Part shown: piece after piece, positions 44,502-53,041 of the stretch | Position numbering within the stretch: the first letter of the stretch is position 1 | Layout: every line of letters begins with the position of its first letter | Source: an uncultured Gemmatimonadota bacterium | Lineage (GTDB): Bacteria; Gemmatimonadota; Gemmatimonadetes; Palauibacterales; Palauibacteraceae | NCBI GenBank assembly: GCA_964546375.1 | Contig: CAZJJO010000002.1 | Span: forward strand, 1 to 57,157 | Direction of reading: 5' to 3' | DNA length: 57,157 bases | The notes under the pieces: model-generated | Database searches by the model: none | What the model saw: the letters and a program-made list of their open reading frames with translations, nothing else | Told to the model about the DNA's origin: nothing | Position numbers and translations under genes: made by a program

Positions 44502-44845
44502 TAGAGCCTCCCCCCGTCCGGCACGGGCCGCTCGGGCACCACCAGGATCGGCTCGCCCTCGGCGTCCGGCACGCCGAGGGTGAGACACTCGGACACGAAG
44601 CCGGCGATCCGCCTCGGGGGCAGGTTGACCACCGCGAGCACCTGCCGGCCCTCGAGCTCGTCGGTCCCGTAGCGGGGCATCAGCCGGGCGGCGGAGCGGA
44701 GCACCCCGGCCTCGTCGCCGAAGTCGATGCGGAGCCGGCAGAGGGGCTGACGAGCCTCCGGGAAATCCCGCGCCTCCACCACCGTGCCGACCCGGACCTC
44801 GACGGCCCGGAAGTCCTCGATCCCCGTCTCCTCCGATCCGCTCAT
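44498..44845 (-). CDS. csaA: tRNA-binding domain protein CsaA
   Basis: ORF 44498..44845. IEDFRAVEVRVGTVVEA..F.EARQP...L.IDFG...G...S.A......Y....L.GRQVLAVVNL.PR.IAGF.SE.L. Confidence 0.85.
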   Translation of the reverse strand: MSGSEETGIEDFRAVEVRVGTVVEARDFPEARQPLCRLRIDFGDEAGVLRSAARLMPRYGTDELEGRQVLAVVNLPPRRIAGFVSECLTLGVPDAEGEPILVVPERPVPDGGRLY

Positions 44846-44878
44846 CGGTCCCTCCCCGCGGCGGAAGCCCCGAAACAG

Positions 44879-44910
44879 ACAGGGCCCCCGGATCGATCCG
44901 GGGGCCCTGT
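44879..44910 (-). terminator. Intrinsic-terminator-like perfect 32-nt palindrome downstream of the OmpA-like gene
   Basis: ACAGGGCCCCCGGATC|GATCCGGGGGCCCTGT. It is followed on the minus strand by CTGTTTCGG, a weak U-tract. Confidence 0.6.
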
Positions 44911-44957
44911 CGACGTCGTCGGCCGCCTGATCGGGCGGCCCGGGGTCCGGCGGGCGG

Positions 44958-45593
44958 TCAGCTGCCCTGCTGGCCGCCCCACTCGATCACGAACGTCACG
45001 CGCCGGTTCTCGAGGCCCTGCTGGCCCGGCCCCTGCCGGTCGCTGACCAGCCGGTCGTCGGACTCGCCGTAGCCCACCGTGCGGATCTTGTCGCCGTTCA
45101 GGCCGCCGTTGTCCACCAGGTACTGCTTCACGGCCTTCGCCCGCTCGGCGGAGAGCTGCTCGTTGTAGGCGTCCGAGCCGGCGGGGTCGGCGAAGCCCTC
45201 GACGGTGAGGGTGGCGCCGGAGTAGTGGTTCTTCACCACCGACGCGAACCGGTCCAGGAGGGGGCGGTCCACCGAGCGGATCTGGGACTCGTCGAACTCG
45301 AAGTGGACCGGCATGGCGAACTTCAGGCCCTCCTCCAGCTCGGTGATCCGCGCCTGGAAGTTGTTGCGGAGGTCCTCCAGGTCGCTCTCCAGGTCGCTGA
45401 CGCGGCCCTCGAGGTCCTGGATCGCCGAGGCGTTGTCGCCGATCCGGGCGTCATGGTCGTCCAGCGTCGAGCGGAGGTCGGAGATCTCCTGGTCGAAGGT
45501 CTCCTGGTCGACCTTGCCCGCACAGCCGACGAGCGCCGCCGCCAGGAAAAGGGCGATCGCGCCCGTGAGGCGCCGTCCGATGATGTTCTGCAT
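44958..45593 (-). CDS. OmpA-family lipoprotein (coiled-coil linker + OmpA_C peptidoglycan-binding domain)
   Basis: C-terminal 211 codons of ORF 44958..45668 from ATG 45593. Lipobox LVGC, then FEFDESQI, VEGFADPAGSDAYNEQLSAERAKAV, NRRV. Confidence 0.9.
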   Translation of the reverse strand: MQNIIGRRLTGAIALFLAAALVGCAGKVDQETFDQEISDLRSTLDDHDARIGDNASAIQDLEGRVSDLESDLEDLRNNFQARITELEEGLKFAMPVHFEFDESQIRSVDRPLLDRFASVVKNHYSGATLTVEGFADPAGSDAYNEQLSAERAKAVKQYLVDNGGLNGDKIRTVGYGESDDRLVSDRQGPGQQGLENRRVTFVIEWGGQQGS

Positions 45594-45737
45594 GGTGTTC
45601 CCCCTTGCCGCTTCTGTCGTGGTCCGAGTGCGAGAGACGTTTCCGTCGTGCAGACGCGCTGGCCGCACCGATCGTCACGGGCCCCGCGTCGTCGGGGGCC
45701 CGGCGGCGCCGGGCGCCGCTCCGCTTGCAGGCACTAC

Positions 45738-45766
45738 ATCCTACGCAAAGAGGGCGCCACGACCAA
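45738..45766 (-). promoter_or_regulatory. Possible promoter of the OmpA-like gene (TTGGTC-17 nt-TAGGAT)
   Basis: Minus-strand motif read only. It would imply a leader of about 135 nt. Confidence 0.3.
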
Positions 45767-45786
45767 GGGCGGGGCGGTCCGCGGCC

Positions 45787-46809
45787 TCAATCGTTGCCGC
45801 GTCCGAGCGAGCGGAGGGCGCGGCGCCATCCCTCGCGCGCCCCGACCGAGGGCCTCCAGCCCAGCTCGCGCCGGATGCGCCCGGCCGAGAAGGGGTCGGG
45901 CCGCCCCAGGAGCCGCACGCGCCGGGCGGTCCAGACCCTCGACGGCCCTTCCGGCGCGAGCGCGGCGAGGCGGTCCGCCGTCCGGGCGGCGGCCTCCACC
46001 GCGCCGCGGGGCAACGGGACGAAGGCCGCGCCCCGGGGGGCGGCCTCCCGGAGGAGCCGGCGCTGCGTGAGGTCGCCGTCGCCCGCCACGTTGTAGACCC
46101 GCTCGTCGGCCTCCCCGCGGGTGGCGGCCCGGTGGCACGCTTCCGCCACGTCGCCGGCGTAGACCACCGGCACGGGGTTCTCGCCGGATCCCACCATGGG
46201 GACGACCCGACGGTCGGCCAGGGCCGCCACCCGCGGGGCGACGTGGCGGTCCCGCTCCCCCGTCACCACCGTCGGTCGCAGGATGGTCCACGAGATCATC
46301 CCCTCGGCCGCGCGGCGCACGGCCGCTTCGGCCATCCGCTTCGAGCGCTCGTAGTGCTCGCGCGGACCCAGCTCCGCTTCGAGCGGGACCCGCTCGTCCA
46401 CCGGGCGGGGGAGATCGGCGGGATCGCCGTACACGGCCACCGAGGAGAGGTGCACGAATCGCCGGCAGCCGGCCCGGACCGCCTCGCCGAGCACGTGCCG
46501 GGTCCCCTCGACGTTCACCGCCCGGAGCCGTTCCCACGGGTCGCCGCCGCCCAGCCGGGCCGCGGCGTGGACGACGACCTCGCAGCCCTCGGCCGCCCCG
46601 GACAGGGCGGCCGGATCGGTGACGTCGCCCAGCACGATGGTCGCCCCGAGCCCCTCGAGGAACCGCACGTCGCTGGCGGGCCGGGCCAGCGCCCGGACGC
46701 GCCATCCCCGCTCGCGGAAGAGGCGGGCGGCGTGGCTCCCGATCAGGCCGGTGGCACCGGTGATCAGGGCCGCCGGTCGGCCGTCCCCGGATCCCGCCGG
46801 CTCCGTCAT
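45787..46809 (-). CDS. NAD-dependent epimerase/dehydratase family SDR
   Basis: ORF 45787..46833, with the preferred ATG at 46809. ITGATGLIGSHAAR Rossmann motif and YERSK (YxxxK). Confidence 0.88.
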   Translation of the reverse strand: MTEPAGSGDGRPAALITGATGLIGSHAARLFRERGWRVRALARPASDVRFLEGLGATIVLGDVTDPAALSGAAEGCEVVVHAAARLGGGDPWERLRAVNVEGTRHVLGEAVRAGCRRFVHLSSVAVYGDPADLPRPVDERVPLEAELGPREHYERSKRMAEAAVRRAAEGMISWTILRPTVVTGERDRHVAPRVAALADRRVVPMVGSGENPVPVVYAGDVAEACHRAATRGEADERVYNVAGDGDLTQRRLLREAAPRGAAFVPLPRGAVEAAARTADRLAALAPEGPSRVWTARRVRLLGRPDPFSAGRIRRELGWRPSVGAREGWRRALRSLGRGND

Positions 46810-46831
46810 CCCGCACGAAGAGAACCGGCAC

Positions 46832-46868
46832 AAAAAGAAAGGGCGCGGCCGGCGGCCGCGCCCTTTCT
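46832..46868 (-). terminator. Rho-independent terminator of the beta-barrel OMP gene
   Basis: Minus strand: AAAGGGCGCGGCC-gcc-GGCCGCGCCCTTT (13-bp stem), followed by CTTTTTG. Confidence 0.8.
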
Positions 46869-46888
46869 CTCCGTCCCGGAGGCGACGA

Positions 46889-47554
46889 TCAGGGCTGGAA
46901 GTGGAACCGCAGCCCCGCCTGGACCGGGATGCTCAGGTGCGTCTCCGGAGCCTCGTCGATCTCGTCGAACTCGGCGAAGGTCTCCAGGTCCTGCGCGTCG
47001 CCGGGGACCAGGTAGGCGTCGCCGCCCACGAAGGCCGACACGGCGTCGGAGAAGTTGTAGCCCAGCGTCAGTCCGCCCTTCGCGCCGAGATAGCCCTGGG
47101 AGAGGTCGAGGGTCTCGACATCGGTGGGGGTGACGATCTCGTACCGGTCGGTCGTGAGGATGTGGTATCCGCCCCCCACGTCGATGTCGGCCCAGAAGCC
47201 GCCGCCCATCCCGGGCTGCACGGCGTGGAAGATCAGGCCCAGGTCGAGCCGGGTCGTCGTGACGTCGGGACCGTCCAGCGTCTCACCGTCGACCGTCAGG
47301 TCAGCGACCTCGGTGACCTTGTAGAGGTCGGCTCCACCCTCCGCGCGGATGGAGACGCGGTCGTGGACCCGGAAGTTCACGCCGACGGTGAAGGCCGGCC
47401 CGGGGTCGACGACATCGGCCATGTCCCCGTTCGGGATGCCGATGCCGGCTTCGAAGTCGGTGGTGATGCCCTGCTGGGCATCCGCCGTCTGCGGCACCAG
47501 CATCAGCGCCGCACCGGCGAGGACTGCGAGGACGGACGAGCGTACGTGGTTCAT
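46889..47554 (-). CDS. Small outer-membrane beta-barrel protein (OmpW/OmpX-like porin family)
   Basis: ORF 46889..47554. Signal peptide SSVLAVLAGAALMLVPQTADA, alternating amphipathic beta-strands, and an aromatic C-terminal strand GLRFHFQP. Confidence 0.8.
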   Translation of the reverse strand: MNHVRSSVLAVLAGAALMLVPQTADAQQGITTDFEAGIGIPNGDMADVVDPGPAFTVGVNFRVHDRVSIRAEGGADLYKVTEVADLTVDGETLDGPDVTTTRLDLGLIFHAVQPGMGGGFWADIDVGGGYHILTTDRYEIVTPTDVETLDLSQGYLGAKGGLTLGYNFSDAVSAFVGGDAYLVPGDAQDLETFAEFDEIDEAPETHLSIPVQAGLRFHFQP

Positions 47555-47848
47555 CTGCTCCCTCCTTCTGTGTGCGATCCGGCTCCGGCCCCGCGGCCGC
47601 TACCCGCCCGCGTGGGCCGAAGCTCGCGTGAACACCCCTCTTGCAACGATCGATCCCGGGCGATCCGCTCGCCGGGGCTCGGCCCTCCCAATATTTTGGA
47701 AGATCCGCTCCTTGGGAAGGGCCTCCGGTCAAACAGGTCCATTATATGGCCCTGTTCGACCCTTTCGCCAGCCCGTGCGGCGGGGAGCGGCCGCGTCCCC
47801 CCCCCGGCCGACCGGCCTCCCCTCGCGCCGCCGGGGGCGAGAGGCCCG

Positions 47849-48781
47849 TCAGTCGACCAGGTAGCCCTCCAGCGCCTCCGGGAGGGGGGTCGGCTCCAGC
47901 CCCGGGAAGAGGCTCCGGAGCGCCTCCGGGTCGGCCACGGCGTCCTGGGTGGCGAACGCCAGGGCCTGACGGCTCAGGGGCCGGCCGGGCAGAGCCTCCG
48001 CCACGGCGGCGCCGGCCCGGGCCAGCCCCATCGGGACGTGCACGATGGGCTTCCGGCGTCCGAGGACGTCCATCACCACGCGGACGACCCCGTCCATGGT
48101 GTAGGTCACGGGCCCGCCGATCTCGAAGGTGACGCCGCGGGCCGCGTCCGACTCCAGGGAGCGCACCAGCGCCCGGGCCACGTCGTCGACGAGGACCGGG
48201 TTGACGCGCTGGCTCCCGTCGCCGAGCTGGGGGAAGACCCCGGGCACCCATCGGACGAGCCGCGCGAAGACGTTCAGGCTCGCGTCCTCCGGTCCGTAGA
48301 CCCAGGAGGGCCGGATCACGGTGTGGGCGGGCGCCGCCTCCCGGACGGCCCGCTCCGCCATCCGCTTGGCCTCGAACCAGGGGCGGTCCTCCCCGCCGTC
48401 GACGCCCACCCCGGAGAGATAGATCAGCCGGTCGACCCCCGCCGCGGACGCCGCTTCGGCCATGTTGGCCGTGCCCCGCCCGTCCACCTCGCGGAAGGTC
48501 CGTCCCCGCGACGGGTCCTCCACGGGGAAGCCCGGGAACTGCACCGTCTGGACGACGGCCTCGATCCCTTCGAGCACCCCCTCCAGCGTCTCGGGCCGCG
48601 TCACGTCCCCCGCCCTTCCCTCGACCTCGCGCCCCGGGAACCGGGAGGAAACTTTCTCGGGGCTGCGGGAAAGTACGACGGGCCGATGACCGCGGTCGTC
48701 CAGCGCCCGGACGAAGGCGGCCCCCAGGAAGCCCGTGCCGCCGGCGACCAGGACCGTTCTCGAGCGCGGGCTGGACTCCAT
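47849..48781 (-). CDS. NAD(P)H-binding SDR (NDUFA9/NmrA-like)
   Basis: ORF 47849..48898, with the preferred ATG at 48781 (MESSPRSRTVLVAGGTGFLGAAFVRAL). Confidence 0.85.
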   Translation of the reverse strand: MESSPRSRTVLVAGGTGFLGAAFVRALDDRGHRPVVLSRSPEKVSSRFPGREVEGRAGDVTRPETLEGVLEGIEAVVQTVQFPGFPVEDPSRGRTFREVDGRGTANMAEAASAAGVDRLIYLSGVGVDGGEDRPWFEAKRMAERAVREAAPAHTVIRPSWVYGPEDASLNVFARLVRWVPGVFPQLGDGSQRVNPVLVDDVARALVRSLESDAARGVTFEIGGPVTYTMDGVVRVVMDVLGRRKPIVHVPMGLARAGAAVAEALPGRPLSRQALAFATQDAVADPEALRSLFPGLEPTPLPEALEGYLVD

Positions 48782-48918
48782 GCGGTGCCGACCTCCGGTC
48801 GACCGTCGAAGACCCCGGGCGCTCGTCCCCGGCCGGGGGGAGCGGGGGCGAACGCCCTTCGGGAACGCGTCCCGTCGGCGGCGCAAGGCCCGGACCACCG
48901 GAAGAAGGGAGCCGCGAC

Positions 48919-50775
48919 GTGCCGGACTTCCGCCAGGCGCTCCGTCAGGGCGAGCCCATCCTCTTCGACGGGGCCATGGGGACCGAGCTCTACGACCGGG
49001 GCGTCTTCCTCAACCGCTCGTACGACGACCTCTGTCGGACCGAGCCCGAGACGGTCCGCGAGGTCCACCGGGCCTACCGACGGGCGGGGGCCCGGGTGCT
49101 CGAGACCAACTCCTTCGGCGCCAACCGGCTTCAGCTCCAGGCCTACGGGCTGGAGGACGAGGCCGCGGAGATCGCCCGGACGGCGGCGCGGCTGGCCCGG
49201 GAGGTGGCCGGCGACGAGCTGTTCGTGGCGGGCAGCGTCGGTCCCCTGGGCGTCCGCCTGGAGCCGTACGGCCCCACCGCCCGGTCGGAGGCCCGGGAGG
49301 TCTTTTGCGAGCAGGCCGCCGCGCTGGCCGAGGGGAGCGCCGACCTGCTGGTCTGCGAGACGTTCAGCGACCTGAACGAGCTGTGCGAGGCCGTGGCCGG
49401 GTGCCGGCAGGCGACCGGGCTGCCGGTGGTGGCCCAGGCGACCGTCCAGCCCGACGGGGAGACCAGCTACGGCGACCGGCCGGCCGAGGTGGCCCGTCGC
49501 GTGGCGGAGACGGGGGCCGAGGCGGTGGGGCTGAACTGCAGCGTCGGCCCCGCCCTGATGGTGGAGGCGATCCGGGAGATGGCGGGCGCCACCGGGCTCC
49601 CGGTCTCGGCCATGCCCAACGCCGGGCTGCCCCGCGAGGTGCAGGGGCGCAAGATGTACCTGGCCTCGCCGGACTACATGGCCGGCTACACGAGGAAGCT
49701 GGTGGAGGCTGGGGCCCGCCTGGTGGGCGGCTGCTGCGGCACGGGGCCCGATCACGTCCGCCGCATGGCCGGGCGGCTGCGGGCGATGGCGCCCCGGCCC
49801 GAGGCCGTGGAGGTCCGGACGCCGGAGCCCGAGGAGGAGGCGGAGGACCCGGCGCCCGAGCCCGCGCCGCTGGAGGGGCGCTCCTCCTGGGGCCGCCGGC
49901 TGGCCCGGGGCGAGGAGGTGGTGGCGGCCGAGCTCCGGCCGCCCAAGGGGGCCGACCCCTCGGGGTTCCTGGAGGACGCCCGGCGGCTCGCGGGGGCCGG
50001 CGTCGACGCCGTGGCGGTCCCCGACGCCCCGCGGTCCAGCATGCGGATGGGCGTGGTGGCGGCGGCCAGCCTCCTCCAGCGGGAGGCGGACGTCGAGGCG
50101 CTGGCCCACTACACCTGCCGCGACCGCAACCTCCTGGCGATGGGCACCGACCTGCTGGGCGCCCAGGCGCTGGGCCTGCGCAACCTGCTGCTCGTGACGG
50201 GCGATCCGCCGAAGACGGGTCCCTGGGGCGACGCCACCGAGGTCTTCGACGTGGACGCCATCGGGCTGACCAACCTGGTGGCCCGGCTCAACCGCGGGCG
50301 GGACCTGGGCGGCCACCCCGTCGGGAGCCGGACCTCCTTCGTCATCGGCGTGGCGGTGAACCCCGCGGCCGAGGAGATGGAGCGGGAGATGGAGCGGTGG
50401 TACTGGAAGGTGGACGCCGGCGCCGAGTACGCCCTCACGCGTCCGATCTTCGATCCCGGCCGGCTGGAGGCGTTCCTGGAGCGGGCCGAGCGGGAGGAGA
50501 CCCGCATCCCGGTGGTCGCGACCGTGTGGCCCCTGGCGGGGCTCCGGGAGGCCGAGCACCTGCACCACGAGGTGCCGGGGATCGACGTGCCGGCCGGCGT
50601 CCTGGAGCGGATGCGGGAGGCCGAGGAGCGCGGCGGGGACGCTCCCGGGCGGGAGGGGACGCGGATCGCGCTCCGGATCGCGGAGGCGGTGCGCCCGATG
50701 GCCGAGGGGATCCAGGTGGCCGTGCCGGCGGGGGGCATGGAGCGGACGCTGGAGGTGCTCGCGGGCCTGCGGTGA
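48919..50775 (+). CDS. Bifunctional homocysteine S-methyltransferase / methylenetetrahydrofolate reductase
   Basis: ORF 48919..50775. The N-terminal Hcy-binding domain has FDGAMGTEL, ETNSFGAN and the zinc ligands NCS..GGCCGT. The C-terminal part is an MTHFR TIM-barrel (HYTCRDRN, LLLVTGDPP). Confidence 0.9.
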   Translation: MPDFRQALRQGEPILFDGAMGTELYDRGVFLNRSYDDLCRTEPETVREVHRAYRRAGARVLETNSFGANRLQLQAYGLEDEAAEIARTAARLAREVAGDELFVAGSVGPLGVRLEPYGPTARSEAREVFCEQAAALAEGSADLLVCETFSDLNELCEAVAGCRQATGLPVVAQATVQPDGETSYGDRPAEVARRVAETGAEAVGLNCSVGPALMVEAIREMAGATGLPVSAMPNAGLPREVQGRKMYLASPDYMAGYTRKLVEAGARLVGGCCGTGPDHVRRMAGRLRAMAPRPEAVEVRTPEPEEEAEDPAPEPAPLEGRSSWGRRLARGEEVVAAELRPPKGADPSGFLEDARRLAGAGVDAVAVPDAPRSSMRMGVVAAASLLQREADVEALAHYTCRDRNLLAMGTDLLGAQALGLRNLLLVTGDPPKTGPWGDATEVFDVDAIGLTNLVARLNRGRDLGGHPVGSRTSFVIGVAVNPAAEEMEREMERWYWKVDAGAEYALTRPIFDPGRLEAFLERAEREETRIPVVATVWPLAGLREAEHLHHEVPGIDVPAGVLERMREAEERGGDAPGREGTRIALRIAEAVRPMAEGIQVAVPAGGMERTLEVLAGLR

Positions 50776-51009
50776 AAGAGACGGCCGGTGCCCCCCGACC
50801 CGCGGGCCGTCCGGCGGCCGCCGCGGCCGGGGGGTGGAGCAGCCGGGCGCGCCCGCGGGACGACGTTCGCCCGGCCCGGCGGCGAGCCCTACATTGCGGG
50901 GTCCGGCGAGGTGGCCCGCCACCGTGCGGCGATCCGCTCTCCGGCGCCGCGCCCCTCCGGCCGTCGCCCGCCGCCGCCAGTGGACCCGAACCGTCCCCAC
51001 GGAGTGCCG

Positions 51010-53016
51010 ATGCTCGAGAAGCTGAAGCAGCGCGACGTCCGCAAGCGCCCGTCCACGGTCCAGGTCCAGGGCCGGGTGCTCTTCCTGACCGAGGACCCGG
51101 AGCTGATCCGGCGCCAGCTCGAGGGCGAGGAGCTGGACTGGGACCCCTCCATCCCGCTCCGGGACGACATCAGCACCGACGAGATCACCCCCGGCTGGGT
51201 CTGCTACTACTACGACGAGGAGCTGGGCGAGTATCCCTTCGTCGGGCTCGAGACCGGGGGGGAGCGGCCCATCGGCCGCCGGGACCTCCTGGACGCGGGC
51301 TTCGTGGCCAGCGTCGCCGGCAAGCGCCGGGGCAAGGGCTCGAGCCGGGAGGCGGCCCCCTACGCCGAGCAGGCCGCCGGCACCCGGATCGTCCTGGCCG
51401 AGAACCTCGAGCGGATCTACCGGGAGAACTGCCAGAACCTGGGGGTGCTCACCTCCACCGACTTCTCGCTGGTGGAGAAGATCCGCCGGGGCGAGGAGAT
51501 CCCGCTGGAGGCCTTCATCCCCGAGGAGGCCGGGCCCATCGAGCGCGGGATCATCGAGTACGGGGGGCTCCGGGACTACGCCGTCGCCCGGCTGCAGGGC
51601 GAGGTCCGGGTCCCGGGCGTCGACACCCCGGACGACCGTCCGCAGACGCTGGCCGAGAAGATCCTGGCCCGGCACTGGGTGAGGGACCTGCAGGCCGACG
51701 AGGTGGGGGTGCCCTCGGTGGCCCCGGGGGACACCGGCTTCGTCCGCGCCGACATCCGGTTCAGCCACGAGTACGTGACGCCGATGGCCTCCACCTTCTG
51801 GGAGGAGTTCGCCGGCGAGGACGCCGGCATCAACGAGCCGGAGTCGGTCTACTTCTTCCGCGACCACCTGGCGTTCCTGGACGAGGTGATCGGCGAGGAG
51901 AAGGAGGAGGAGGGGCTGCTGGACGCCGCCCGGGGGCTGCACGAGCGCCAGCGGGCCTTCGCCGAGAAGCAGGGCGTGAAGCTGCACGGGGAGCTGGAGG
52001 ACCGGAAGGGCAGCGAGGCGATCTGCCACGTGATGATCCAGGACCGGTACGCCCTGCCCGGCCAGGTGGTGGTGGGGAGCGACTCGCACACGCCTCACGC
52101 GGGGTCGCTGGGCAACGTGGCCTTCGGGGTCGGGACCACCGCCATCGTCAACGCCTGGGCCACGAGGGACGTGCGGGTGGAGGTGCCGCCCTCGGTGCGG
52201 GTGCGGGTGGAGGGGGAGCTGGGCGAGGGGGTCACCGCCAAGGACCTGATCCTGGAGATCCTGCGCCACCCCTACGTGAAGGACGGCCGAGCCATCGGCA
52301 AGATCCTCGAGTACACCGGGCCCGCGGTGGAGCGGCTGGGGATCGACGAGCGGACGACGCTCACCAACATGGCCGCCGAGGTGGGCGCGTTCACCGGCAT
52401 CGTGGCGCCGGACCGGACCACGGCCCGGTGGCTGGCGGAGCACCGGGACCTCTCGCCCGGCGAGGCCCGGGAGCTGTGCGAGGGGCTCCGGAGCGACGAC
52501 GACGCCGAGTACGAGTGGACCATGGAGCTGGACGCGGCGGAGATCCGGCCGATGCTCGCCGCCCCGGGCGACCCGGGCAACGGGCTGCGGGTGGACGAGC
52601 TGGACGAGGAGGTGGAGCTGGACATCGTCTTCGCGGGCTCCTGCACGGCGAGCAAGCGGAAGGACATGGAGATGTACGCCCGCGTGCTCTCGGAGGCGGT
52701 CGAGCGGGGGGGAGAGGTCGCCCCCGGCGTCGAGTGCTACGTCCAGTACGGATCGGTGAACGTGGAGCGCGAGGCCCGGGAGCGCGGGTGGGACGAGACG
52801 TTCCGGCGCGCCGGCGTCGAGGTGCTGGCGCCGGGCTGCGGCGCCTGCATCAACGCGGGTCCGGGCGTGAGCACCTCCCCGGACCAGGTGACCATCAGCT
52901 CGATCAACCGGAACTTCCCCGGCCGCAGCGGCCCCGGGAAGGTCTACCTGGCCAGCCCCTACACGGTGATGGCCTCGGCGCTCGAGGGCCGGATCGCCGC
53001 CTGGGAGCCCGCCTGA
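51010..53016 (+). CDS. Aconitase-family Fe-S hydro-lyase with permuted order (swivel/LeuD-like domain N-terminal, catalytic LeuC-like domains C-terminal)
   Basis: C-terminal 668 codons of ORF 50788..53016 from ATG 51010 (GGAG 6 nt upstream). N-terminal GKGSSREAAPYAEQAAGTRIVLAENLERIYRENCQNLG, then GSDSHTPH, AGSCTASKR and PGCGACIN (three cluster Cys). Confidence 0.85.
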   Translation: MLEKLKQRDVRKRPSTVQVQGRVLFLTEDPELIRRQLEGEELDWDPSIPLRDDISTDEITPGWVCYYYDEELGEYPFVGLETGGERPIGRRDLLDAGFVASVAGKRRGKGSSREAAPYAEQAAGTRIVLAENLERIYRENCQNLGVLTSTDFSLVEKIRRGEEIPLEAFIPEEAGPIERGIIEYGGLRDYAVARLQGEVRVPGVDTPDDRPQTLAEKILARHWVRDLQADEVGVPSVAPGDTGFVRADIRFSHEYVTPMASTFWEEFAGEDAGINEPESVYFFRDHLAFLDEVIGEEKEEEGLLDAARGLHERQRAFAEKQGVKLHGELEDRKGSEAICHVMIQDRYALPGQVVVGSDSHTPHAGSLGNVAFGVGTTAIVNAWATRDVRVEVPPSVRVRVEGELGEGVTAKDLILEILRHPYVKDGRAIGKILEYTGPAVERLGIDERTTLTNMAAEVGAFTGIVAPDRTTARWLAEHRDLSPGEARELCEGLRSDDDAEYEWTMELDAAEIRPMLAAPGDPGNGLRVDELDEEVELDIVFAGSCTASKRKDMEMYARVLSEAVERGGEVAPGVECYVQYGSVNVEREARERGWDETFRRAGVEVLAPGCGACINAGPGVSTSPDQVTISSINRNFPGRSGPGKVYLASPYTVMASALEGRIAAWEPA

Positions 53017-53041
53017 GGGCGGACCGCCCGGGACGGGGCGC

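Noticed and set aside
47551-47742. 63-codon ORF upstream of and overlapping the OMP gene start (a possible leader peptide or small protein).
   Set aside because: GC3 is about 68% by hand count, with no codon periodicity, and the composition is junk-like. Its ATG is simply the ATG embedded in TATAATGG.
48782-48918. SAM, SAH or cobalamin riboswitch upstream of the homocysteine-methyltransferase/MTHFR gene.
   Set aside because: The divergent spacer is only 137 nt and must also hold two promoters. I saw no SAM-I/SAM-II/B12-box core sequence. The GGAGCG...AACGC similarity to SAH elements is too weak to call.
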